From Candidatus Atribacteria bacterium (GTDB taxonomy: Bacteria; Atribacterota; Atribacteria; Atribacterales; Atribacteraceae), in assembly GCA_026390275.1 (NCBI GenBank), contig JAPLGF010000116.1, positions 1-35,780 on the forward strand: a stretch of 35,780 bases of DNA. Reading direction: 5' to 3'. The notes under the pieces were generated by a model that worked only from the letters and a program-made list of their open reading frames with translations, was not told the origin of the DNA and did no database searches. A program made the position numbers and the translations under genes. Below, in pieces: positions 9,635 through 18,488 of this stretch. The first letter of the stretch is position 1. Every line of letters begins with the position of its first letter.

Positions 9635-9947
9635 ACTTCCCCAGATTGGGCAGAAGATTCATCCGCCCCTACGGAAAAAACGGGGACACTGAGAAGAAAA
9701 AAAAGGAGGCATAAAGAGATACCAAGTGTTCGGCATGTACCTTTTGGAATTCGATTATTCATTCTGTGATCCTTCCTTTTGAGTATTCTTGTCACTCACT
9801 TGCCTACTGATTGTATCATATCAATGCTTCTGAAATTTTCCCGGAATGTCTGGTGGAATTTTTTCCTACTCCTGGGGGTACAGGTAAATCGGAAAATACG
9901 GTATGATGGAGAAAAGGACCGAGAGAATATCATCGAAGGAGGAGAGT

Positions 9948-10325
9948 ATGGATTTTTTAAAGCGCTGGTATTCCCCTTTGACATCAGACATCTGGGAGTC
10001 CATCGATGGGATGGTCAAACGCGCTCTTTCCACTCAACTTTCTGCCCGGCGATGGATGGATTAGCGAGTGACCTGCTGGGATATCCTCTCAAAAAACACC
10101 TCGAAGAGAGTATCCAGGGAACAGTTCACATGAGTACCACTTTGGAAGATGCTCTCCTGGTTTCTCAGCGGGGGGGGTGACTTAAAACTCATTCTCGGCC
10201 AGGATTTTTCAGTGGGATACCACAGTCGGGACGATAAAACCGTTCATCTTTTCCTGACGGAAACGTTTACTTTCCTGATCCATAATCCTCCGGTCTATGT
10301 TCGTCTCAGTCCCAGCAACCAATAG
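9948..10325 (+). pseudogene. family-1 encapsulin (Linocin M18-type, HK97-fold) shell protein remnant
   Basis: There are three frame-shifted pieces. (1) 9948-10061 gives MDFLKRWYSPLTSDIWESIDGMVKRALSTQLSARRWMD, followed by TAG. (2) About 10070-10177 gives DLLGYPLKKHLEESIQGTVHMSTTLEDALLVSQRGG. (3) 10179-10322 gives DLKLILGQDFSVGYHSRDDKTVHLFLTETFTFLIHNPPVYVRLSPSNQ, followed by TAG. GGAGGAG lies 5 nt upstream of the ATG. Only about 126 of about 265 expected codons are present. Confidence 0.75.
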
Positions 10326-10594
10326 GTCTTCATGACGATGAAAGGGTTTCGGGTAAATATCCTTACAAATCCGGCCATCAACCAGTTCCAGAATGCAAGT
10401 TGCTCGCAGGGCGATGTTCCGATCGGGTGTACCACGACCGTACATATTCATAACGAAAATAAAATTCAATATTCCCGCTACCCGGAACATATCAGGATGA
10501 AAATGATACAATAGGAATGAAAGTGGGAACGGAGAACAGGTAAGATGTTTCATCCAGTCCTTTTTTATGCCATATACAGAAAGGAGAGATTCAT

Positions 10595-10711
10595 ATGGCA
10601 AAAGAACCTCGGTGTGGCTGTGGGTGTGGTGGGAAGAATAAACCCAGCTCAGAAAAACCTGCTTCCGGACCTCAACCGTCCAAAAAAACAGAAACTCAGA
10701 AAGAAAAGTAA
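10595..10711 (+). CDS. candidate 38-aa Cys/Gly-rich, lysine-rich small protein
   Basis: The translation is MAKEPRCGCGCGGKNKPSSEKPASGPQPSKKTETQKEK. AAGGAGAG lies 7 nt upstream of the ATG. It falls below the length cutoff of the ORF track. Confidence 0.35.
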   Translation: MAKEPRCGCGCGGKNKPSSEKPASGPQPSKKTETQKEK

Positions 10712-10854
10712 GTTTTTTTGTTTCAATCGTTCCGTTCCCACTTTTCTTTTTTTTGTGCTTCTTTGCCTGATGGAATCATAGTTCCTTCCTGATGAACCCC
10801 GAACTGATGATCTGACTTCGTAAAATCACCATAAAAAATCCCGGAAAACTTCTC

Positions 10855-10895
10855 TTGACTTTATTATGGTATTATGGTATTTTAATACCATAATA
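10855..10895 (+). promoter_or_regulatory. sigma70-type promoter with an overlapping 26-bp palindromic operator upstream of the Rrf2-hcp operon
   Basis: TTGACT (10855-10860), a 17-nt spacer, then an extended -10 TGgTATTTT (10875-10883). The palindrome TATTATGGTATT-tt-AATACCATAATA (10870-10895) has 12-bp arms. The 8-mer ATTATGGT is also tandemly duplicated at 10863-10878. Confidence 0.5.
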
Positions 10896-10909
10896 AAGAG
10901 GTGAACACC

Positions 10910-11362
10910 TTGAAAGGTATTTTTCATATCTCGGAAGCCAGTGTACTGGCGATTCACAGCATGGTGATGATCGGTCTCCATCGTTCTACCCTGCTAACCA
11001 CGAAACAAATGGCCAAGTTGACCTCTTCATCAGAAGCTCATTTAGCGAAGGTCATGCAGAGGTTGTCCAGAACTGGTTTGGTTCTCTCCACCCGCGGCCC
11101 AAAGGGAGGTTTTAAACTGGCCCGTCCGGCGGAAACCATCACTTTGCTCGATATTTATGAAGCCATTGAAGGTCCTCTCCTGAGTGAAAGCTGCTTGATG
11201 AAAAATGGCAAGTGTCCGTTTCGTACCTGTATCTTTGGAGGAGTGTCAGAAACCATGGGCAAGATTTTTATGGACTATTTTTCTACTAAAACTGTAGCCC
11301 ATTTGCTGAAAGAAGAGGGTATGGTTAATGAATTACAGCAAGGTGATCCGCAAAATTCTTGA
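10910..11362 (+). CDS. Rrf2 family transcriptional regulator (three-Cys, probable Fe-S sensor, NsrR/IscR-like)
   Basis: The wHTH region is typical of Rrf2 (SEASVLAIHSMVMIGLH...TTKQMAKLTSSSEAHLAKVMQRLSRTGLVLSTRGPKGGFKLARP). The Cys cluster is CLMKNGKCPFRTC. I prefer the TTG at 10910, which has AAGAGGTG upstream, over the in-frame GTG at 10901. Confidence 0.85.
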   Translation: MKGIFHISEASVLAIHSMVMIGLHRSTLLTTKQMAKLTSSSEAHLAKVMQRLSRTGLVLSTRGPKGGFKLARPAETITLLDIYEAIEGPLLSESCLMKNGKCPFRTCIFGGVSETMGKIFMDYFSTKTVAHLLKEEGMVNELQQGDPQNS

Positions 11363-11408
11363 GAGGTACCACCAGAGTAAATAATTTAATTAAAAAAGGA
11401 GGTCAGCC

Positions 11409-13055
11409 ATGTTCTGTTATCAGTGTGAACAAACTGCAAAGGGGACCGGGTGTACAGCATTTGGAGTATGTGGAAAAGATCCGGAGACTGCTGCCCTGCA
11501 AGATTTGCTCGTTTACGCTGCCAAAGGGGTTTCCCTGTACGCCCATCGGGCGCAGAAATGGGGAGTAACGAGCCGGACCATCGATACCTTTATTCTGGAA
11601 GCATTGTTTTCCACCGTCACCAATGTGAACTTCGATCCCAAACGGCTGGAAATTCTTCTCCGAAAAGCATATGAAATGAAAGAACAGGCAAAAAAAATGT
11701 ACCTCACCACCTGCCCATCAGCCCAGGTGACATCAGAAGTCCTTTCCGGCCCGGCCGAGTGGTCACCGGCCACTACGCTAGATGAACTCATCCGGCAAGG
11801 AGAAAGCGTTTCGCTGGAGAACAACATCAGGAATTACGGAGAGGATATCGCCGGACTCCTCCACCTCATTCTCTACAGTCTCAAAGGAATGGCCGCATAC
11901 GCTGATCATGCCCAGATCCTGGGGATGGAAGATGACGCCGTGTATGCCTTTTTCCACGAAACCCTGGATTTTCTCTCCGGAAACCACTTTACCGTGAACG
12001 AACTTTTAGCTAAAGCACTGGAATGCGGTCAGGTAAACATCCGAATCATGGAACTCCTCGACCAGGCCAACACCGGGAAATATGGACATCCTGTTCCCAC
12101 TCCGGTCCTGGTTACTCCCCGGAAGGGAAAAGCCATCGTGGTTTCTGGTCACGACTTGAAAGACCTGGAGGAACTCCTCAAACAAACCGAAGGAAAGGGA
12201 ATCAACATCTATACCCATGGTGAAATGCTCCCGGCCCATGGTTATCCGGGACTCAAGAAATATTCCCACCTGGTGGGGAATTACGGTGGAGCCTGGCAAG
12301 ACCAGCAAAAAGAATTTGACACCTTTCCGGGTGCCATCATCATGACCACCAACTGTATCCAGAAACCCAAAGAAAGCTACAAAAACCGGATATTCACCAC
12401 TGGCCTGGTGGCATGGCCGGGGGTGACCCACCTTCCCAACCGAGACTTTGCCCCCGCCATCCAGGCAGCGCTCGATGCCCCCGGATTCGCCGAAGATGCA
12501 CCAGAAAAAACAATCACCGTTGGCTTCGCCCGCCAGGCGGTTCTGAATGTGGCCGGGCAGGTGGTGGATGCCGTGAAAAAAGGAGCCATTCGGCACTTCT
12601 TTCTGATCGGGGGGTGTGATGGAGCCAAACCCGGGCGAAATTATTACACCCAGTTTGCCCAGCTGGTTCCCGATGATGCCGTCATCCTCACTTTGGCCTG
12701 CGGGAAATACCGTTTCAACAAGCTCAATTTTGGAGACATCGGTGGCATTCCCCGTCTACTGGATGTCGGGCAATGCAACGATGCCTATTCCGCCGTCCAG
12801 ATTGCCCTGGCCCTGGCGAACGCCTTCGGAACCGACGTGAATCAGCTCCCTCTGACATTCATCCTCTCTTGGTACGAGCAGAAAGCGGTATGTATTCTCC
12901 TCTCCCTCCTCTCCCTGGGAATAAAAAATATACGTTTGGGACCCAGCCTCCCTGCTTTCGTTACCCCGGCGGCATACCGGGTCCTCAAGGAGAAGTTTAA
13001 TCTCATTCCCATCACCACCCCCGAAGAAGATCTGAAGGCTATCCTACAGAAATAA
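11409..13055 (+). CDS. hcp: hybrid cluster protein (hydroxylamine/NO reductase)
   Basis: 548 aa. The hallmark N-terminus is MFCYQCEQTAKGTGCTAFGVCGK (Cx2Cx8Cx5C). The length and the rest of the protein fit Hcp. GGAGG lies 7 nt upstream. Confidence 0.95.
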   Translation: MFCYQCEQTAKGTGCTAFGVCGKDPETAALQDLLVYAAKGVSLYAHRAQKWGVTSRTIDTFILEALFSTVTNVNFDPKRLEILLRKAYEMKEQAKKMYLTTCPSAQVTSEVLSGPAEWSPATTLDELIRQGESVSLENNIRNYGEDIAGLLHLILYSLKGMAAYADHAQILGMEDDAVYAFFHETLDFLSGNHFTVNELLAKALECGQVNIRIMELLDQANTGKYGHPVPTPVLVTPRKGKAIVVSGHDLKDLEELLKQTEGKGINIYTHGEMLPAHGYPGLKKYSHLVGNYGGAWQDQQKEFDTFPGAIIMTTNCIQKPKESYKNRIFTTGLVAWPGVTHLPNRDFAPAIQAALDAPGFAEDAPEKTITVGFARQAVLNVAGQVVDAVKKGAIRHFFLIGGCDGAKPGRNYYTQFAQLVPDDAVILTLACGKYRFNKLNFGDIGGIPRLLDVGQCNDAYSAVQIALALANAFGTDVNQLPLTFILSWYEQKAVCILLSLLSLGIKNIRLGPSLPAFVTPAAYRVLKEKFNLIPITTPEEDLKAILQK

Positions 13056-13073
13056 GAAAAGGACGGTGATCTT

Positions 13074-13415
13074 GTGAACGTCATTGATGTAAAGAAGCTG
13101 GATTTGAATCCGAACCCCCACGGAATTCATTCTCAAAAAGTCTATGACACTGAACATGCTGAAATCATCCACCTTCTTCTGAAGCCCGGAGAAGCCCTCA
13201 AACGGCACACTACACCCGTGGATGTGGCATTCTATATCTTAGAAGGAACCGGGGTGGTGGAGATTGGTGAAGAGAAAAAAGAAGTCGGTCCCGACACGCT
13301 CATCGACAGCCCGGCCCATAGCCCCCATCGCCTCATCAACCGGAGTGATCATCCCTTCCGGGTTCTGGTGATCAAGGTTCCCCGACCAACCGAAAAAGCA
13401 CAGATGCTGGAATAA
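13074..13415 (+). CDS. cupin domain protein
   Basis: 113 aa. It has a cupin_2-like pattern (H.H...E..YILEG.G.V.IGEE...V..G......P...HR..N). It starts at a GTG 18 nt after the hcp stop. Confidence 0.75.
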   Translation: MNVIDVKKLDLNPNPHGIHSQKVYDTEHAEIIHLLLKPGEALKRHTTPVDVAFYILEGTGVVEIGEEKKEVGPDTLIDSPAHSPHRLINRSDHPFRVLVIKVPRPTEKAQMLE

Positions 13416-13455
13416 ACTATCAATACGTGGCTAAAACAGATGATGATTTATTGAA

Positions 13456-16150
13456 TCATTGATTTGTTGACCAAAAAACCCTCTCCCCCCCTGGGGGGGA
13501 GAGGGTGAAGGATGATATTCCCCCAGAGATCACCGGAATCTCGCCCCTAAGGTGAGATACCATTCCCTCATCGGCGATGAAACTGTGAAGGGTGACTTCT
13601 GCACCGAGGGAGAAGAGTGATTCAGAAGGAAAGGTATCCCTCCCCACCACTCCTCCTTCGGCGTATATTTTTCCCGAAATATCTTTTACCAGGCCCCTGC
13701 TGAGCAGGGGTTGGTTGATGGTTTGGATTGGAAAATTGTATTCAACGTGAATCTGCCCGGCAAAATTCCCAGTAAGCGCCTCCTGGGAATACCCCGCTAT
13801 ACCCCAGGCCGTTTTTCGACCTCCTAAGACAAAATCACCAGGAAGAGTGCTCATCCCCAGATTCATCTCCACCTCCCAGGAATGACTGGAATTTCCAGCC
13901 CGGATGAAATTTTTCTTCCAGGAAAAAATGACCCGTTCCACCGGTATCTTTGCCAGGTGTCCATTCTGATAGGTGAGTTGCCAGCGGTCCCCCTTCATCC
14001 AGCGATCATCACCTCCGGAAGAAACCTCTTCTACCGTGATGAAATAGCCCTCCCAATAATCGGTCTAATACTGGTCGTCCCGGAACAAATGTTCGTACCC
14101 GCCTGAAACGGTGAGATTTTCCCCTTCCGAAACCCGAACGGGGAAATGAATCTGGAAGCGTTGTTCATTCCTTCTCTCATCCCACATCATCCAGACATCG
14201 AGAGTGGGATTCATGAACTGCCCCCAGTACGAGAAGTCAGCCCGGTAGGTTCCATCAAGGAGATTTTGATAGGACAGAGCATAGGAATGAAGCCAAAGGA
14301 AGCGGAAGCCAGTAGCGAGGCAGAAGGTGTTTCAAAGGCTGATATGGTTTTTCCGAAAAAGTGATGGAAGGCGGTTCCGTCTCCGGTGGTGGTTGAATCT
14401 CTTTTTGGTTCAGCTCCACCTCCCTCCATTGTGTTCGTTCCAGAGGAATCATTCCGATGTCAAAACCGCTGGCATGGTATCCGACACACACAATTTCATT
14501 TCCGTTCAAAACCGGTTCAAAAAGTCCCAGGAGAACGTTGCTCACCTGGAATAACCGTCCGGAAGTCAATTGAAAGGCATAGAGATTGTATACCGAGGTT
14601 CGATCTGAACAAAAAAACAGATCCCGACCGTCAGACGAAAAGGAAGGAGAAAGATCAGCAAAGCGGTCGGAAGTGACAAAATGCAACGTTTTATCCTTGA
14701 GATCCAGTAGAGCGATATCGGCAAACCCATGGTGCCACCCGGATAGAGCTAAGAGAGTTCCTTCCGGATTGAGCACGCCATCCATGGGCAGGAAGTCCCG
14801 TCCAAACGTATACCATTTTTCTTCTCTACCGGAAACGGGATCCAGGACAAATATACCTTCGGGAAATGTATTCCGGCGCAGAAACAGGACGCGATCCCCC
14901 CAGAAAACCGGGCTGAAGGCGCGAGCCTGTCTGGTGATTTTTGTCTCCTTTTTTCGGGAAAAATCATATATATACAGATCACACCAGGATGAATAAAGCT
15001 CCTCAGTCACCTTCGCATAAACCAGCTTGGATCCATCCGTTGAAAAAGACGGTTTCCCAATCACCGTTCCTTTGACCACCAGCGTTTCGACCTTTTGGTC
15101 TCTCTCTAAAAGGCGAATCCCGGACAAATAGTATGGATGTTTTAAAAAGTAAACCATCCGTTTTCCATCCGGAGAAATGTTCACTCCCCGACTGTAATAC
15201 CCCCGGTTGGTGAGGTAGGTAATGGGAGTGAGTGGTCGTTTTTCAATTTCGAATTTTTGCTGCTGATATTCCTTTTTCTTTTCTTCTTTCCATCGTTCCC
15301 ATAGTTGTTGAGAACCTACCCCTAAGCTGGTTTTCAGGGCTTTCTCAAAACCATAGATAGCGAAACTTTTCCCCCGGATATGGCTGATTTCCTGAAGTTT
15401 TTCTTCACCATAAGTATCTGCAAGGTATTGACAGACACTGGACCCATACACGTAGCATCCTAATCGACCCGGCCAGGAATCGAGAAAACTGTATCCCCCC
15501 ACTAAGTATGGGGAAAGAAAACCATCTCGCAGAGCGATTTCCCGGAGATACATATCGTAGGTGGTATCATCCGTCCGTCCCCCCTCCCCAAATTTTTTCT
15601 CCCCGTACACCGCGTACCCTTCCCAAGCCCACATCGGCTGCATCACTCCCGGAAGCACCACAAACCCTAAAAGCTCTCGCCAGCGGGCGATTTCCTCGCT
15701 GGCAATCGTCGTGTGCAAAAGATGCGTGAGTTCATGGGCGATAACCAGCCGGAGCCAGCTTCGGAAACGGGTCCCCAATGAAAAATCATACGGTTCGGAA
15801 ATGACGATGCGGATTTCACCCTGCAGGGGATCGGCGGAACCATTGGGAAGATCGGTATTGTCGATGCAAACAATCACCGGCTGGTAGCCCAGTGTGGTAC
15901 GTAAAAACTGCTCCATCTCAGGGAGAATGTTCTCAGCAATAGATACTGCTTCCACGGCAACATCCCGGGATGAGTCCTGGTAAATGACCTGGAAATGCTC
16001 AGTGGTGATCTCCTTCCAATCAAGATGCGGGTTAAAACGCTGAGCAGAAATAGAGGGAATAAGAATGAAGAAAATGAGAGAGGAAAGAATTAGGACCAGA
16101 GTATTTTTCCTCACACCAGTTCCCTCCTTTTTCGATTCGTCATTAACCAC
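13456..16150 (-). pseudogene. secreted HExxH metallopeptidase-like domain + PD40/TolB-like beta-propeller + C-terminal beta-barrel-like domain, disrupted by one frameshift and one in-frame TAG
   Basis: ORF 14255-16150 has a signal anchor, HELTHLLH, and repeats SPDGKRMVYF, STDGSKLVYA, SSDGRDLFFCSDR. The reading continues in another frame from about 14331 (GFRFLWLHSYALSYQNLLDGTYRADFSYWGQF...) to a TAG at 14065-14067. That TAG is in frame with ORF 13456-13998. Confidence 0.65.
13473..13505 (-). terminator. Rho-independent terminator for the minus-strand gene; it may also stop hcp-cupin transcripts
   Basis: Perfect 13-bp G/C-rich inverted repeat CCCTCTCCCCCCC-t-GGGGGGGAGAGGG (13479-13505). On the minus strand it is followed by TTTTTT (13478-13473). 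It lies inside the last codons of ORF 13456-13998. Confidence 0.6.
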
Positions 16151-16178
16151 CCCTAAGGGTCTAAGCCCAGATAGGTCT

Positions 16179-16216
16179 TCCCAGTCGCCCAGCTAAAAAC
16201 GGCCGGGCGACTGGGA
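16179..16216 (-). other. intergenic stem-loop between tkt and the downstream peptidase-like gene
   Basis: Perfect 12-bp inverted repeat TCCCAGTCGCCC/GGGCGACTGGGA (16179-16190 and 16205-16216) with a 14-nt loop. On the minus strand there is no U-tract after the stem. Confidence 0.4.
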
Positions 16217-16238
16217 ACAAAAAAGGTTAAGTAATAAT

Positions 16239-18287
16239 TTACCGATTTTGGATCAGTGCCCTGGCACGTTCCATCACGTTCTGGACGGTGAATCCGAATT
16301 TTTCGAGAACCACTTTTCCCGGTGCAGAAGCCCCAAAGCGATCAATCCCCAGGACATCCCCCCGAGAACCCACATATTTATGCCACCCCTGGGTGACACC
16401 GGATTCAATAGCCAGTCGGTGAGTCACTTCCGGGGGAAAAACTGCCCGGCGGTATTCTTCCGGCTGGGATTCAAAGAGTTCCCATGACGGCATGCTCACC
16501 ACCCGCACTGCAAATCCTTCCCCGGTGAGCTTCTCGCAGGCTTCGAGAGCCAGGATGACTTCGGAACCACTGGCCATCAGGATGAGCTCCGGACGCCCAG
16601 ACGGACAATCCGCCAGGATGTAGGCACCCTGGCGGAGACCTTCTGCCGGAGCAAATTGGGAGCGATCGATCACCGGGAGATTCTGACGGGACAGGATAAG
16701 TGCCACCGGGCTCCCGGTCTGTTCCACCGCCACTTTCCAGGCCTCGGCAGTTTCGTTGCCATCACAGGGACGGATGACAGTGAGATGGGGGATGGCCCGC
16801 AGGCTCGCCACCTGTTCAACCGGTTGATGAGTGGGACCGTCTTCTCCCAGACCTACCGAATCATGGGTAAACACGTAAATCACCTGGATTCCCGAAAGAG
16901 CGGCCAGACGAATAGCCGGGCGGATATAATCGGAAAAGACCAGGAACGTTGACCCAAAGGGAATGAATCCACCATGAAGTCCCAATCCGTTCATGATACT
17001 CCCCATGGCATGTTCCCTGACTCCAAAGGCGATATTGACCCCATTGTATCCAAAGGGTCCCGCCACTGCCCCCTGCATCGTTTCTCCACCTGGAACCGGG
17101 GGCTGGAAACTGCCTTTCCCCTTGATAACGGTATTGGTGGATGGATCCAGATCTGCCGATCCACCCATCAGGGATGGAACGTATTTCGCGATGGCATTGA
17201 GGATTTGTCCACCAGCCACCCGGGTGGCGATCCCCTTCGGATCGGCCGGATACACCGGAACTTCTTGATCCCAATCCGCCGGGAGTTTCGTACCCATCAT
17301 GAGATCCCATTGTTTCATGAGCTCGGGGTAAATCTGGGCATAGGAAACCAGGAGTGCCTTCCATTCCTTTTCCTTTGCTTCCCCGGTATCGATCACCTGT
17401 CTCATATGATTGAGGACCTCATCCGGAACAAAAAAAGTCTGATCGGATGGCCAACCGAATCGTTTCTTGGTTTCGATGGCTTCTTCTTCTTTGAGGGGAG
17501 AACCGTGGACTTCAAAACAATCTTGTTTGGGTGAACCGTATCCGATATGCGTACTCACCATGATAAGAGACGGCCGGCTGGCATCGGATTTTGCCACCAG
17601 AATCGCCTTTTCGATGGCATCAACATCATTTCCTTCAACCACCGTTAGAACCTGCCATCCATAGGACCCAAAACGCTTCTCGACGTCTTCCGTAAACGTC
17701 ATGCCCGTTTCGCTGGATAGGCAGATATGGTTGTTATCATAAAGATAGATGAGTTTTCCCAGCTGGAGATGACCAGCCAGGGAGGCTGCCTCTGCTACCA
17801 CTCCCTCCATCAGATCACCATCACCAGCCAGAGCATAGGTGTAGTGGTCGACCAGTTCATATTCCGGTCGATTGAAGATCGCCGCTAAATGCCGTTCGGC
17901 AATGGCCATCCCCACCCCGGTAGCGAAACCCTGCCCGAGGGGACCGGTCGTGGTTTCGATACCCCGGGCCAGATCAACCTCGGGGTGACCGGGGGTACAG
18001 CTCCCCCACTGCCGGAAGCTTTTGAGATCATCCAATGTCATCTTTTCATACCCGGTTAAATAGAGAAGTGAATACAGCAAGGCTGATCCATGACCAGCCG
18101 AGAGGACAAAGCGATCCCGATCCGGCCAGAAAGGATCGCGGGGATTACATTTCATAATCCGGTGGAAAAGCACGTACCCCATAGTGGCCGCCCCCAGTGG
18201 CAAACCGGGATGCCCGGATTTCGCTTTTTGGACCGTATCCAGCGCTAACATCCGTATCGTATTCACACTCAGCTCATCAATGTTCAT
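16239..18287 (-). CDS. tkt: transketolase
   Basis: Tkt motifs are present: [53 protein letters not shown] prefer the start at [12 protein letters not shown] (ATG 18287) with GGTGGTGGAG upstream. The ORF track extends it 31 codons further. Confidence 0.93.
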   Translation of the reverse strand: MNIDELSVNTIRMLALDTVQKAKSGHPGLPLGAATMGYVLFHRIMKCNPRDPFWPDRDRFVLSAGHGSALLYSLLYLTGYEKMTLDDLKSFRQWGSCTPGHPEVDLARGIETTTGPLGQGFATGVGMAIAERHLAAIFNRPEYELVDHYTYALAGDGDLMEGVVAEAASLAGHLQLGKLIYLYDNNHICLSSETGMTFTEDVEKRFGSYGWQVLTVVEGNDVDAIEKAILVAKSDASRPSLIMVSTHIGYGSPKQDCFEVHGSPLKEEEAIETKKRFGWPSDQTFFVPDEVLNHMRQVIDTGEAKEKEWKALLVSYAQIYPELMKQWDLMMGTKLPADWDQEVPVYPADPKGIATRVAGGQILNAIAKYVPSLMGGSADLDPSTNTVIKGKGSFQPPVPGGETMQGAVAGPFGYNGVNIAFGVREHAMGSIMNGLGLHGGFIPFGSTFLVFSDYIRPAIRLAALSGIQVIYVFTHDSVGLGEDGPTHQPVEQVASLRAIPHLTVIRPCDGNETAEAWKVAVEQTGSPVALILSRQNLPVIDRSQFAPAEGLRQGAYILADCPSGRPELILMASGSEVILALEACEKLTGEGFAVRVVSMPSWELFESQPEEYRRAVFPPEVTHRLAIESGVTQGWHKYVGSRGDVLGIDRFGASAPGKVVLEKFGFTVQNVMERARALIQNR

Positions 18288-18460
18288 ACTCCACCACCTT
18301 TTATTCGTGATTCCATCGTTCAAGTATAAAAGTATAACATTGAAAGAGGGGGAAATTTGAGGGGAATTGGATTTTGTCATTTTTTTCGAAAAAAACGAAG
18401 CCCAGAAAAGGAGTAAGCCAGAGGATGAATTCTCCCTGAAATAAAAAAAGGGCGAGGATA

Positions 18461-18488
18461 CTTCCCCTTATTATCTTCCCCTTATTAT
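18461..18488. repeat. perfect tandem duplication of a 14-mer upstream of the flavoredoxin/Isf pair
   Basis: CTTCCCCTTATTAT occurs at 18461-18474 and again at 18475-18488. An extended -10 TGaTACAAT follows at 18514-18522. Confidence 0.8.

Noticed and set aside
9779-10601. ORF-track calls 9779-10180 (+, 133 aa), 10209-10601 (-, 130 aa), 10332-10514 (+) and 10545-10781 (+) as real genes
   Set aside because: ORF 9779-10180 is a chimera whose 3' third is simply the middle piece of the encapsulin relic. The 3' part of 10209-10601 is antisense to the encapsulin C-terminal piece and its 5' end overlaps the small Cys-ORF. None of them has an RBS or a motif I recognise. A further degraded gene in 10330-10590 cannot be ruled out.
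10766-10816. Three CTGATG(A) copies plus a CTGA, which resemble box C/D sRNA elements
   Set aside because: The context is bacterial. The spacings are irregular (22 and 15 nt), there are no terminal stem or guide-like features, and the motifs are short enough to occur by chance.
14065-14067. The in-frame TAG could encode pyrrolysine, given the MtaA-like genes nearby. The TAG at 10062-10064 and the TAA at 2426-2428 raise the same question of recoding.
   Set aside because: The TAG-containing genes are not methylamine methyltransferases. They also carry frameshifts or deletions. No pylTSBCD-like genes are in the window. TAG and TAA end ordinary genes here. Simple nonsense mutations or errors are the more economical explanation.
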